A stretch of 64,000 nt of DNA. It comes from Octopus vulgaris. Taxonomy: Eukaryota. Both the position numbers and the translations under genes were made by a program. Shown here one piece after another: positions 13,380-33,852 of the stretch. The number at the start of each line of letters is the position of its first letter. Position 1 is the first letter of the stretch. The stretch covers positions 14,694,001 to 14,758,000 of the forward strand of contig OX597837.1 of assembly GCA_951406725.2 (NCBI GenBank), in the 5' to 3' direction. Under the pieces are notes generated by a model, which saw only the letters and a list, made by a program, of their open reading frames with translations, was not told the DNA's origin and ran no database searches.

Positions 13380-13550
13380 AATTGATAGTATTATTTATGA
13401 ATATCCTGCACTCATAATATGATTTGGAGTAGGGTTGTAGGCTTGTCCATATTTCTTTAATCATTTCTAACGCACCTACCTTGATAAGGATTGTTTCTGG
13501 TTCCAGGCCCCATATTCGGATCATCTCTATTTCCAAATCTATATATTTAG
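13380..13550 (-). mobile_element. Small RLE-domain relic
   Basis: KYIDLEIEMIRIWGLEPETILIKVGALEMIK, homologous to the 4079-4363 ORF. Confidence 0.7.
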
Positions 13551-14254
13551 CCTTTTATTCTTTTATTTTTTCAGTCAATGGACTGCGGCCATGCTGGGGT
13601 AGCGCCTTGAAGGGTTCAGTCGAGCAAATCAACCCTGGTACTTAGTCTGGTACGCTCTTTTGCCGAATCGTTGGCGTGAAGTAACCTTTGTTGTTTTGTT
13701 GTTGTTGTGAATTTCCTGATTAATAGTCGTTGGACAAAACAGGTCATGATGACAATCGCACCGTCTGTATGTCAGAAATTATATTGCTAAATATAGCTTT
13801 CATTTAGAACATTCGAGTCCTGTTTGTGAGAGTTTTGGCTGTTCAAAAACACTGTCTGCAGATAAACATACTAAGTTCAAGAGCCGTCACACTGCTGACA
13901 TTAAACATGGTAAAATTTTGAACTTAAATGGATTGTCTGTTTAAAATACTATCTTTAATATACAAGATAGTATCGGACTTTAAAAACATAATTTCTGAGT
14001 TGATTCATTCGACTAAATATTCTTGAAGACGGTGCCCCAGCATGGCCGCAATCTAAAGACTGGAACAAATAAAAGATGAAAGATAAGAAGCATATTCGAG
14101 CTTATTAAGTTCTGCTTTCGAATCCCGCCGACGCTCAATTTTGCTCTTCAGCCTTCTTCTGCCAATGAAATAAATACCAGTGTGGCGCTGGTATTTAGTT
14201 CAAAACGACTTTTCATTCGCTTTGTATTTTCACAGGTTTCTTTGATTTGGGGGC

Positions 14255-14483
14255 GTCGTGTTCGCGAAATCGTGGGAGCGTCGGAATAAATGCTTTGCGG
14301 TATTTCTTTTCGTTCTTTATATTCGGAGTTCAAACCCCGAGAAGCCGACCTCAAGGATTTGTCTTAAATCCTTCTGGGGTCGGTAGAATAAAGTACCACA
14401 CAAGTTCTAGGATCAATGGTATCAATATATCCTCTCCCCTCAACTTCGCTGGCCTAAAGCCTCAATCAGAGACTCATTATTAT

Positions 14484-14485
<2 letters not shown>
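14255..14485 (+). mobile_element. SINE family A copy (degenerate) with ATT/AGT tail
   Basis: GGAGTTCAAACCCC...GGGGTCGGTAGAATAAAGTACCA. Confidence 0.6.
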
Positions 14486-14530
<45 letters not shown>

Positions 14531-14573
14531 ATGCTGTATTTCCTAATATTTTTGTTGCAACGATTGCTGCTGT

Positions 14574-14609
<36 letters not shown>

Positions 14610-14979
14610 GAATATTATCACTATTGGACTGGTAGATCTCTGAACATCTCGTACGTCTCCAATATTGTGATCAATTCCATTCGCGCTTGTCTGGTCACAT
14701 GTAGAATGATTGTGGTTGTTGCTATTGTTGTCGTTATTGACTCTTATTCATATGTTCTTTAATACGTACACCTTACTGTAATGGCTATACGGTTATTATA
14801 TTAAAGGGTTTTCTTTTTTTTAATATACGTTCGTTGTACATAATGAAATCTCTGTCGGCTGACAAACCTCGTCGACTGTCGATTAAATTCATTAAAATGT
14901 AAACCGGAACTCCGGTTAACTTGTTAGTTAATTACTTGTGGTAATCTAGGGACTTGTCATCTGAGGTAATCTCGATATT

Positions 14980-17120
14980 TTGCCAATCGAAGCAATCTTT
15001 TTTTTTTTTTGTGGTGGGGGTTAGTAGTTGAAGCAATTCGTTGTCTTGTTAGTAATCGTGCTGCCTTTTCAAGCAGATCTGATGTTTCGACAAGTAATTT
15101 TGGTGTCTATCGAGCAGTCTCTGTGTCTTGGTGTCTATAATGCAATTTTGATGTTTCTCAGGCAATCTTGGTATCTTGGTGTTTTGTTAATAACGATAAT
15201 ATTGGTGTCTGGTTGCTTGGCGAACCATGGCCTTTCATCTGTTGAAAGCAATTTTTGTGTCGTTTCAGCAATCATAGTTTCTCCCAAGCAATTTTGGTGT
15301 TTTATCAATTGAATCAATTTTGGTGCCTGGACATATGAGCAAATTACAACATTTTTCTAGTTGATAGCAATTTTGTTGTTTTGTCAGGTAAATTTCCTTT
15401 TTTTCACTTGAGACAATTTCGATATCTTGTCAAGCAATTTTCGTGTTTTCTTGGGTGATTTTGATGCTTTCTCCACTGGTGATTGATCAGTTAATGCGAT
15501 TTTGATGTTGTCATAAAGAGTTAAATCAATCCAATTTTGGTGTCTGAATGAGTTCGTACAGTCTTGGTGTTGCGTCGGATTGAGGTAAGACAGTTCTGTT
15601 TATAACGTGTGAATGAATCAAGACCATTGTTGCATCGGGTGAGAAGTTAAGACAATACTACTTTGTATCGCGTCAGAATGAGTTCCGACAATTCTTGTAT
15701 TCCTGCTAGACTGAAATGAAGACAAGGCTTAATTCCATGTCAAAGAGAATTAAAAGAATCTTTAGTATCACGTGAGAAAGGATTCTGTCGATCCAGGAGT
15801 CGTGTGAGAAAGAATTAAGATACTTGGAATTAATTAAGAGAAATCTCAGAAATAGTTAAGACATCTAGTCAAAAAGACTTTAGTATTTGGTCAAACTGAG
15901 CTGATGTTACGTGAGTAAGTTTTACGATAATACTAGTAACACTTAAGGATGTAGGACAAACCTGGTATTGCGTGAGAAAGAGACAAGAAAATATTGCCCT
16001 CACGTGAATATTTAGGACAATAATGGTATCATAAGAGAAAAAGCCAAAACAATCCTGGAATCACGTCAAAATCTCAGTTGATACATTTCTGGTATGACGT
16101 GGGGGAAAAAAGTTAAGATATGTATTGAGATGGTAAGCGAATCGGATGATAATCTTTAATATTTGTTGAGAAAAGGTTGAAGTAATCTTGGTGTCACGTG
16201 GATAGAATTAGGACAATCCTGGTGTTACATGAGAAAGAGTAGAGGCAATATTTTGTGTCACGGGAGGCGTTGAGTGAAACTTTTACACCACGTGAGAAAG
16301 GGTTGAGACAATCGTAATGTGTATTAAGAAACAGTTTAAGACTGTACTTGGTCTTGGGAGGGAACTTAAGACAATACTGTTATTACATAAGAAACAATTT
16401 ATGACAATTCTATGATAAGACGATGATAGGGAGTAAAGACTGAAGACCATCCTGTTAGCATGTCAGAAAAAATTAAGATAATCCTTTTTGTTGAAGCAAT
16501 TTTGATTTTACACCAGAATAGTTTAAAGGCGTAGATCACGTACAATAAGTTCAGAAAAATCATCATGTGGGAACCAATTTGATGCAATCCTTGGTGTCAA
16601 GTGATAATAAATTACTGAAATCCTCAGTGGTGCCCTCCTTCCAGAAAGAGTTAAAGCACTCATTTTCACCGCCTCGCAATGGGCTGAGAGGAACCTGGAA
16701 TGAGTTGAGAATATCAAGTGGAAATAAGTCTCCATTTGATTTATAAGTGGGAATAAACTTTATCAAATCAGAATAAGATTAATCCCTGCTCCCACGTCAA
16801 AAAAGGTTGGAGCAAATTTGGTAACACGTGAGCAAGAAGAAAGGCATTTCGTGTTTCATGTAAGAAAGGCTCTTTGGTATCACATGTGAAAGAGTTTACT
16901 CAATCTTACCACGTGAGAAAGAATTGCGGTAATCCTGGTTCGACGCGGAAAAGAATTGAGGAATTTCTTAATCATACATACGAAAGGGTTGCGGTAAACT
17001 TTGGCATCACGTGAGGAAAAGATGGGGGAAGCTTCGCATCACGTGATAGAACGCTAGATTTAAGGAAATCGCGGTTTCACATCAGAGGTGATTTTTTGTC
17101 GCGTGAGAAAGAGATTAATT
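14980..17120. repeat. Two-part degenerate minisatellite: ~20-bp AGCAATTTTGGTGTCTTGTC-like units (to ~15540), then ~32-bp CACGTGAGAAAGAGTTAAGACAATCCTGGTAT-like units
   Basis: Recurrent motifs with spacing close to multiples of 32 (e.g. CACGTG at 16001, 16195, 16289, 16910, 17008, 17040). Confidence 0.8.
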
Positions 17121-17169
17121 CCTTCCTGCCGAAATAACTGGAGGGGTTTTGACTAAATCGCAAACCATC

Positions 17170-17385
17170 GCGGTGGCACATTCGTTAGCACGTCGGACGA
17201 AATGCTAAGCGGTGTGTCGTCTGTCGCTACGTTCTCAGTTCAAATTCCGCCGAGGTCGACTTTGCCTTTCATCCTTTCGGGGTCGATGAAAAAAGCACCA
17301 GTGAAACACTCAGGTCGATCTAATCGACTAGTTTCCTCCCCACAAATTCCAAGCCTTGTGCCTTTAGTAGAAAGGATTATTATTA
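17170..17385 (+). mobile_element. SINE family A copy with (ATT) tail
   Basis: CGTTAGCACGTCGGACGAAATGC...AGTTCAAATTCCGCCGAGGTCGACTTTGCC...GTAGAAAGGATTATTATT. Confidence 0.85.
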
Positions 17386-17438
17386 GTATTATTATAACTA
17401 TCATCATCATCATCATCATCATTAATATTATTATTACT

Positions 17439-20178
17439 TGTCATCGTCATCGTTGTCGTTGTCATCGTCGTCGTTGCCATCGCCATCGTTGTCATCGTCG
17501 TCGTTGTCATCGTCGTCGTTGTCATCGTTGCCGTTGTCATCGTCATCGTTGTCACCGTCGTCGTTATCATCGTTGTCATCGTCGTTGTTGTCATCGTCGT
17601 CGTTGTCATCGTTGTCATCGTCGTCGTTATCATCGTTGTCATCGTCGTCGTTGTCATCGTCGTCGTTGTCATCGTTGTCATCGTCGCCGTTGTCATCGTC
17701 GTCGTTGTCATCGTCGTCGTTGTCATCGTCATCGTTGTTATCGTCGTCGTTGTCATCGTTGTCATCGTCGTCGTTGTCATCGTCATCGTTGTCATCGTCA
17801 TCGTTGTCATCGTCATCGTTGTCATCGTCGTCGTTGTCATCGTCGTCGTTGTCATCGTTGTCATCGTCGTCGTTCTCGTCGTTGTCATCGTTGTCATCGT
17901 CATCGTTGTCATCGTCGTCGTTTTTCATCGTCGTCGTTGTCATCGTTGTCATCGTCGTCGTTCTCGTCGTTGTCATCGTTGTCATCGTCGTCGTTGTCAT
18001 CGTTGTCATGGTCACCGTTGTCATCGTTGTCATCGTCGTCGTTTTCATCGCCATCGTTGTCATCGTCATCGTTGTCATCGTCGTCGTTTTCATCGTCATC
18101 GTTGTCATCGTCGTCGTTGTCATCGTCGTCGTTGTCATCGTCGTCGTTGTCATCGTCGTCGTTGTCATCGTCGTCGTTGTCATCGTCATCGTTGTCATCG
18201 TCATCGTTGTCATCGTCATCGTTGTCATCGTCGTCGATTTCATCGTCATCGTTGTCATCGTCGTCGTTGTCATCGTCGTCGTTGTCATCGTCGTCGTTGT
18301 CATCGTCATCGTCATCGTTGTCATCGTCGTCGTTGTCATCGTTGTCGTTCTCATCGTTGTCATGGTCGTTGTTGTCATCGTCACCGTTGTCATCGTCGTC
18401 GTTGTCATCGTCGTCGTTGTCATCGTCGTCGTTCTCATCGTCGTCGTTGTATCGTCATCGTTGTCATCGTTGCCATCGTCGTCGTTTCATCGTCGTCGTT
18501 GTCATCGTCGTCGTTGTCATCGTCGTCGTTGTCATCGTCGTCGTTGTCATCGTTGTCATCGTCGTCGTTGTCATCGTCATCGTTGTCATCATCGTCGTTT
18601 TCATCGTTGTCGTTGTCATCGTTGTCATCGTCGTCGTTGTCATCGTTGTCATCGTCGTCGTTTTCATCGTCGTCGTTGTCATCGTTGTTATCGTTATCGT
18701 TGTCTTCGTCATCGTTGTCATCGTTGCCTTTGTCATCGTCGTCGTTGTCATCGTTGTCATCGTCGTTGTTGTTATCGTCGTCGTTGTCATCGTTGTCAAC
18801 GTCGTCGTTTTCATCGTCGTCGTTGTCATCGTAGACGTTGTCATCGTTGTCATCGTCGTCGTTGTCATCGTCGTCGTTTTCATCGTCGTCATCGTCGTCG
18901 TTGTCATCGTCGTCATCGTTGTCGTCGTCATCGTCGTCGTCATCGTCGTCGTTGTCATTGTCGTCGTTGTCATCGTAGACGTTGTCATCGTTGTCATCGT
19001 CGTCGTTGTCATCGTCGTCGTTGTCATCGTCGCCGTTGTCATAGTTGTCGTTGTCATCGTCGTCGTTATCATCGTCGTCCTTGTCATCGTAGTCGTTGTC
19101 ATCGTTGTCATCGTCATCGTTGTCATCGCCGCCGTTGTCATCGTAGTCGTTGTCATCGTTGTCGTTGTCATCGTCGTCGTTGTCATCGTCGTCATTGTCA
19201 TCGTTGCCGTTGCCATCGTCGTCGTTGTCATCGTTGTCATCGTCGTCGTTGTCATAGTTGTCGTTGTCATCGTTGTCATTATCGTCGTTGTCATCGTCGT
19301 CCTTGTCATCGTCGCCGTTGTCATAGTTGTCGTTGTCATCGTCGTCTTTTCCATTGCCATTTTCATCGTCGTTCTTATCTCCATCATCGTCGTTATCGTC
19401 ATTATCGCTATCACCACTATCATCAACATCATCATCATCCTCATAGTCGTCGCCATCATCATCACCATCAGCAGCAGCATCTTCATTAATGTTCGTACCA
19501 TTGTTCCCCGTCGTCCTCGACGTTTCGGAGAATTGGTAGAGCATCAGTGAGAGAAGTGGAGTGAAGGTGGTGGGGCGGGGGGCGAGTAAGTTCCTCCCAA
19601 CTCAATAACCCACCACAAGAGCGAAGTCTTTTGTTCCCCTTCTGGGGTCGTTGGAATAACTGCTTGCAACATATCACTAGAATCATCATCACCATCATCA
19701 CCATTATCGTCATTGCCGCCATCGTCATCACCATCATCATTAGCAATGTCATAAAAAAACATCATTAACACCATCATCATCGTCGTCGTCGTCGCCATCA
19801 TCATTGTCATCATCATCGTCATTGCCATTGCCATCATAGATACCAACATTACCATCATCACCACCGCCGTCAATATCATCATCAGCGTTATCCTAGCCCT
19901 CATCCACTCCACCGTCTCCATTTCATCCTCATGATGATCATCTTCATCATCACAACCATCATCATCATCAACATCATCATCATTATCAATCTTATCATCA
20001 TCATTATCATCATCATCGTCATCATCATCATTGTCATCATTATCATCATCATCGTCATCATCATACTCATCATCATCCTCCTCATCATCATCATTATCAA
20101 TCTTATCTTCATCATTATCATCACCATCATCATCATCGTCATTATCATCACCATCATCGATATCGTCATCGCAGTCAT
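17439..20178. repeat. Long compound trinucleotide array (TCG/TCA/TTG; ~15-bp unit GTCATCGTCGTCGTT) grading into (CAT)n
   Basis: Direct reading; yields long low-complexity ORFs in several frames. Confidence 0.95.
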
Positions 20179-20284
20179 CTTAAAATTTTTGCTTTTTTAG
20201 TTGGGTTTTTGTTTTGTTTTGTTTTTGTTTTTTTTGTTTTTTGTAATTATTTTCACAAAAGTGAATTTTAAAGAAACGGTAAGA

Positions 20285-20383
20285 AGTGATCGTATTGGTT
20301 CAACCGGAAACACTAAGCATTATCATAATGCGGAAGTCTACCATATGCGCCGCCCAGGCCGAACTTCTAGCGCCATGGTAAGC
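20285..20383 (+). promoter_or_regulatory. Candidate promoter/first exon ending in ATG followed by a splice donor
   Basis: ATTGG (20294), CCGGAAA (20304), CGGAAGT (20331), CGCCGCCC, then GCCATG|GTAAGC with donor at 20378. Confidence 0.3.
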
Positions 20384-21159
20384 GTATACACATCGAGGAG
20401 AAATAGTACCTTTCTGTTGGTAACGGACTTACTTCATACCCGCTTTACATATGGTTACCTGTATTTGTACAAAGTCCCTTGTTTCGCTTGTCAGATTCGT
20501 TCCTGCGTCAAAAATGTCCCTTGCCGAGGTGTTTAGCAATTTACGTAGTGTTAAATGCTGTCGCGGAACACCGAAATAGTCCGTCCCCTTCACCTTTTCA
20601 TTCGTACCTTCTGTGTGGTGCACACATATGAGTGTGTCTACGTACGAATGTACACACACTCTCTCACACATAAACTCACAAACACATTCACAAACGCGTA
20701 CACAGAACGTACATATATTCACATACATGCACATATGCAAGATTTGTGTGTGAGGACTACTGCGACACACAGTAAGTATTCCTTTCGTTACATAATACTC
20801 AGAAAGCTTTCAGAAACAGCGATCGGCCAAAATTACGATTTATTAAGCTCCGCTTTCTCCCCGTGAAGAATTATTTGATCTGCTAGCTCTACCCCCGCCA
20901 AAGAAAAAAAAAAAGCACAACCGTAACCCCCGATCAAAAAGTGGTTGTCCGGTGGTAAGTTCTTCGTTTCTGCTTGCTTTAAATGACAAAATGACAGACG
21001 TAGCGACGGCGAATTTTTATATATTTTAAAGTAATTTAGCGCGTTTTTTTTGTTGTTTTTGATTGTTTTTTTAATTTTCGTTTTTGTTTCAAATAACATC
21101 TTAAGAGAAATAAGAGATTTTAAGGCTTTCTTGAATGGATTTTGTCAATCAGGAATTTA

Positions 21160-27560
<6,401 letters not shown>

Positions 27561-27768
27561 TATTGATACATGTATGATGACTGGTAAATAATATTTTACG
27601 AGTGGAAAGTGCTCAATACATAAAGTAGAGCCTGTATACATTACAATAAAATATGGGGTTTCACCCGAAGCTTTTTCAAACCTTTCATATGAATATGCCA
27701 AACGTCTCAAACACGTTCCGATTCACACCCAAACACACTAACACTCACAAATACACAAATTACACGCA

Positions 27769-27826
<58 letters not shown>

Positions 27827-28515
27827 ACGTCCGATTCAAAAGTAGTAGGATTTGAGTGAAATTGAATTTAACGTAATTTCGAGGAGAAATCTTTGAACTA
27901 GAAGAGACTTGGTAGAAGATATATCACTTCCTTTCAGATCCTGTGTCCACGGACACATACGTACGTGCACGCGCGCATTCACACACTTCTACATTCCCTA
28001 AGCATATATGAATTAATATTAATATTATATGATCCATATCGATGTTATACTTCCATATATGTAATCGTTATTTATACTCATATACATACAAGAATATAGA
28101 GGTCGACTTTGACTTTCATCCTCTCGGGGTCGATAAATAAAGTACCAGTTTCGCACTGGGTCGATGTAATCGACTTAATCCCTTTGTCTGTTCCTGTTTG
28201 TCCCCTCTATGTTTAACCCCTTGTGGGTAGTAAAGAAATATATTATGTATATATATGGAGGCACAATAGCCCACACCGGGCGTTGTGTGTGTTTATTGAG
28301 CGAAAACACCTAAAAGCTCCACGTGTCTCCGGCAGGGTGGTAATGACCCCTGTTGTACTCTTTCACCACAACTTTCCCTCACGCTCTCTTCCTGTTTCTT
28401 GAGTAACGCTGCGATGGACTGGCGTCCCGTCCACCTAGGAGGAACACATACGCCACAGAAACCAGGAAACCAGGCCCATGAACCTGGCTAAGCTTGAAAA
28501 GGGCGATGTTTTTTT

Positions 28516-28617
<102 letters not shown>

Positions 28618-28929
28618 CATATATTATTATTTTTATTATTATTATTATTGTTGTTGTTGTTGTTATTATAATAATAATAATTATTATTATTATTATTTCT
28701 AAATCTCTCAAGGGGAGATATTCAGTAACAGTTCTTTAAAGTAAATGCTATTTGCCAACATAATATGCCTGTCCAATAACCCAGACACTAATCCACAATT
28801 GTTACTTTGCGCTAGATGGGAGCGTTGAGCTCCCCGTTCGAAAATGTAAAGACACAGGTAGTGTGTCGTACAGCCAGCTAGGATCGATGTTTATTCTGTG
28901 TGGGGGAGGGTTGTGTAGACCAATCACAC

Positions 28930-29130
28930 ATTGTATTTTTTGTCGCCTGGGTTTCTTTGTTTCCAATTCGTCCCATCCTTTCTGTATTCATTCCCTTCTG
29001 TTCCCTATCTGAAGAAGAACCAAATCCGAAACGTCGATGCAATTAATTGTTTCTATTTCACTGCACGCCAAAAGAATTATTTTGATTGTAAACTGATCTT
29101 ATCTTCCTCTAGCTTTTATTCCTTTACCCT
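28930..29130 (+). mobile_element. ~200-bp hammerhead-relic repeat (family also at ~26940-27130, 30930-31200, 32160-32250, 41480-41690, 49490-49620)
   Basis: Shared CTGAAGA...CGAAACGTC core and downstream TGAGCGYC-like segment; flanked by microsatellites. Confidence 0.6.
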
Positions 29131-29250
29131 TCGGTATATATATATATATACTGCATCATCATACATACAAATATATACATAATACTAAATATACACACAT
29201 ATACAGATACATATTTCTATGTGTGTGCAAATGTATATATCTTTTTTATG

Positions 29251-29324
<74 letters not shown>

Positions 29325-29438
29325 CCTGCTCGCTTAGCCAGCGGGGTGGCGTCATTTGAAGGTTAAAACAATGCGAAACGCATTGTGACCAGCGATGTGT
29401 AGCAACATCTGATAGCCTGGTAGGTCACGGTGATCACG

Positions 29439-29486
<48 letters not shown>

Positions 29487-29505
29487 GAGTCTGTATGCAT
29501 GCGTG

Positions 29506-29552
<47 letters not shown>

Positions 29553-29683
29553 GTATATAGGTAGCAAATCAAAAGGTTGTAAATTTATGTAAGTATATAT
29601 ACTTGTATCTATGCAGTCATGTATGTAAATACATATCAATATATCTATACATGCATGTAGATATATATATATATATATATATA

Positions 29684-30062
29684 TCTCTATATAAACGGCA
29701 GTTTGTCTGTGCATTTTCTGTGTGTCTGTTTTCTCGTACCCTCACCCTGACCACGGCTTTCAACCGATTCTGATGAAACTTGACACACACATAGCCCAAT
29801 GTCATAATTCAAAACTAATGCAGCGAAAATTTTGAAAAGTTCCCCCAGTTCTGAAAAAAATCGATAAATTCGACATGGGGTCGAGAATCAGAAACCCAAA
29901 CCACAGACCGTCTAGGGGACGCAACTCCACCTTTTTTAACTCTCAAAAAAAAATTTACCATCATTTTTTTCCCATTTTTTTGCTATTTTTTGGCTATAAC
30001 TCTGAAAATGCTTTATAGTTATTTCCCTTACAAACCTGAGCAACGCCGGGCGATACTGCTAG
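29684..30062 (+). mobile_element. Non-autonomous Helitron
   Basis: 5' TC (TCTCTATATAAA), internal GTCT-rich tract and CCGATTCTGATGAAACTT motif, subterminal GC-rich CCTGAGCAACGCCGGG, 3' CTAG; inserted at A|T inside (AT)n without TSD. Confidence 0.8.
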
Positions 30063-30232
30063 TATATATATATATGGAAATCTGTTGAAGAATTTTTTTA
30101 TAAATGCAAAGTAAATTGCTCAATATACAAAGTTTAGCGAGCATGAATTGGAGCGACATCTGGATTTCAGTTATTCAAAAGTTCAAAGTTGTTGTTTGAA
30201 TAATCCCCAACGCATACAAATTCTTTGCAATT

Positions 30233-30295
<63 letters not shown>

Positions 30296-30664
30296 ACACG
30301 CACGCATACGCATATGCACACACATGCACATACATACGCGGAGACACGTACACGCTCCTTTCTCTAGTGTCCGATATAACAGCAGAACTTTTTAAATGAT
30401 TTAAAATTTTATGCAACGAATATTTTCTGGAAGAAACTTTAAAACAAGAGGACATTTATTTCATGATTAACTCATTTCCTTTCAAACTTTATGCACACAC
30501 TTGCACGCAAACACACACACACACACACCACACACACACTCACACACATTCACACCTTCTATGTATATTCGTGTACCTACCATTGAAACAATAGCAACAA
30601 CATACCAAAACCATCAGTGCTTAGTGAAATATACATACACCCGCATTAATGGAAGTTTACATGT

Positions 30665-30703
<39 letters not shown>

Positions 30704-30725
30704 CACACATACGTACATACATACA

Positions 30726-30837
<112 letters not shown>

Positions 30838-30855
30838 TGCAATATGCATATACAT

Positions 30856-30916
<61 letters not shown>

Positions 30917-31272
30917 GTGTAGACTAGTTCCACATCGGTTTTTTTCTCCTGGATTGTACGTTATATTTATTTATTATTATTTCTTAATTTTATGTAACAT
31001 TTATTTATTTATCTTTAGTTTATCTTCAGTTTATCTGCGTCTTTTCTATTCTCATTCCACTCTGTATCCGACTCTGAAGAAGTTCAATACTCGAAACGTC
31101 GAAGCAATTAACTATTTTCATTTCTCTGGGCGCCGAAATAATTACTTAGGTCGTCAACTGCTCTCATCTTGTTGGTACTTTTGTCTTACAACATTTATTA
31201 TATATATATATATACACATATACGCATGTATGTATTATATACGTTCATTATATATATATATACATTATATAT

Positions 31273-31322
<50 letters not shown>

Positions 31323-31366
31323 GATTTCTGTTCAATCTTCGTTCAACTCCATTTCTTCAATTCACT

Positions 31367-31409
<43 letters not shown>

Positions 31410-31556
31410 TTATATATATATATATACATATGCATACATATATATATATATATTAAATATATATATATACATATATATATATATATGTGTGTATATATAT
31501 ATATATATACTACAAATATATGCATTTTAAATATATATGTATAAATTTACTATATA

Positions 31557-32158
31557 TCTCTATATATATAAAACTGAGAATGTGTGTCTGTCTGTCTGTG
31601 TGTTTCCCTAAAACTTGAGAACTACACAACCAATTTCATTCAAATTTTACACATGCCTTACTTAGGGTCCATGTAGTTTCATGGGCAAAAAATGTTTTCA
31701 ACTTCTTGCCTAGAGCGAGCCCATAGCAATATCATATCTTCCCCACTATTTCAGTATTACGTGTTAAAAGTGAATAAAAATAATAATAACAATTGAATTA
31801 TATGTAGTAAGTAATAATTAAAACCAAACTAAAGTATAATATAATCGTAACATAACAAAAGTAAAAATAGCAACTGGTATAAAATTGCATCAAGGATTTG
31901 AACTTGAATAAGTGGTTTCACATGAATGGGAATAAATTAAAAATAATATTAGCGTGCAGAAATGGAATAGTCCTACAATTCCAGTCTGTTATATATTTTC
32001 AGTTTTGTTATCACTAGCGATATCAAGATATAACTTTATATTTTGTATTTTGTGTGTAGATGTATATATATAGATGTACATGTAATATGTACACATATAT
32101 ATACATATATATGCATGCACTAGCACTATGACCCGGCAAAGACGGGTTATAATGCTAC
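31557..32158 (+). mobile_element. Second non-autonomous Helitron
   Basis: 5' TCTCTATATATATAAAA, (TGTC)n tract, hairpin ACCCG-GCAAAGA-CGGGT, 3' CTAC (variant of CTAG). Confidence 0.65.
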
Positions 32159-32248
32159 TTCCCTTCTTTCCTGAGCGTCCAATAATACTTTATTTGTTCC
32201 ACGTCCTCGCGTTGCTGTGTTTTTTTGTGTTTTCTTGTTTGGATTAAC

Positions 32249-32293
<45 letters not shown>

Positions 32294-32457
32294 ATCATGT
32301 ATTTATAAATTATAAGCAAGTAAAAGAATAAAAGAATGTGTACGTGCGTGCGTGTGTATTTGTGTATGTGTATGTTTGTGTACGTATGTATAAATGAATA
32401 TTTACATATTTGTATATGCATATACATACATATATATATATATACATACGTATGTAT

Positions 32458-32498
<41 letters not shown>

Positions 32499-33665
32499 TA
32501 TGTATATATATATACATATATATACATATATATACATATACGTATATATACATATATATACATATATGCATATACCCGTATGAGTATAGACTTGTAGCTT
32601 AAAAATTGCATTACTCTCTTACTTTCCTGTGTATGTGTGTATGCGTGCATGTGCGCGTATGTGCGTATGTATGTGTTTGTGTATCGATGCGATGCATTTG
32701 GGTATATTTGAGTCTGAATGAATAGATTAACCAAAAGGTCAACCCAACGGCTAAGCCCCACTCTTTGCATGCCATGGTTCGGTAGGCTGGGATATGACAA
32801 ATTTAAACCAAAATGAGCAGATACCCTAGAAATAAATACCCTAGAAAATACATTCTTAAGCTACTAAAATTATTTCTTCCTCTAGATGTTGCATCGTAAT
32901 TAGCAAATGGCAGTTAAAACTAGCTCAGTGCATTTACCCTTGATATCCAAACTAATGGTGGATGTATGGATTTCCTCCATTGGTTCAAGGAACATTAGAG
33001 AATATTGTATACTGAGTCTACTTTCACTTTCGTTTTGTGCCTCTCTTTCATACAATCCCCACGTTATTTGTCACCGTTGTAGCAATAAAAAGGAAATTAT
33101 TTTGTAACCTTCTCGTGTAATGTGTTCTCTTTCGTTTTCCTTGTGACAAAAGAAAAATTCACTAAGCTCCCTTCTAGTATTCGTTCTGCCTTTTCATGTT
33201 GCTTGTTCAAATTCTGATGAGATCAACGTCACCTTAATCCTTCCGAAGTCATAAGTAGGATATCAGTCAAGTACTGATATCCTACTCACCAAAAAAAATT
33301 TGGAATTGGGCCTATCTTAGAAAATCTCCTCATTATTATTATTTTTGTTTCGATGTTAGTGCGTTTGCGTCCCAATTTAGTTATTCAGCAGAAGAGACAG
33401 ATAGAATAAACACCAGGCTTACAGGGAATATGTCCAGGGGTCAATTTCTTCAACTGAAGGGTGGTGCTCCAACATGGCCACCGTCAAATGACTGAAACGA
33501 GTAAAAGAATACCAGTAAAACGTTCTGTACCACTAAACCAAGAATTTTCTTTGAATATATGTACGACATATTCTAAGGTTAAATAGTAATTCCGTTTATG
33601 TTTGTGTAACAGATATTTTGGTTGGATTATATTAGTCATTGGTGTTACATTACTTTCTATATTCT

Positions 33666-33810
33666 CTGAGTTCAAATTACGCTGAGGTCGACTTTGCCTT
33701 TCATCCTTTCGGGGTCGATAAATTAAGTACCAGTTGCGTACTGGGGTCGATCTAATCGACTGGCCCCTCCCTCCCCAAAAATTTCAGGCCTTGTACCTAG
33801 AGTAGAAAAG
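33666..33810 (+). mobile_element. 5'-truncated SINE family A copy with 17-bp TSD
   Basis: ATTACTTTCTATATTCT at 33649-33665 and 33811-33827. Confidence 0.9.
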
Positions 33811-33852
33811 ATTACTTTCTATATTCTGTAACTGTCACAATATACTTTTCTA

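Noticed and set aside
15540-17120. CRISPR-like periodicity
   Set aside because: Eukaryotic context; whole units are mutually similar with no identical repeats separated by unique spacers, and no cas genes.
17202-19550. 782-aa and 683-aa + strand ORFs (RCH/S/VI rich)
   Set aside because: They run through a SINE or a trinucleotide array open in several frames; composition switches at slippage points.
29321-29442. Possible type II hammerhead (CGAAAC...CTGATAG)
   Set aside because: No valid NUH triplet or consistent three-stem topology; more likely a structured retroelement tail.
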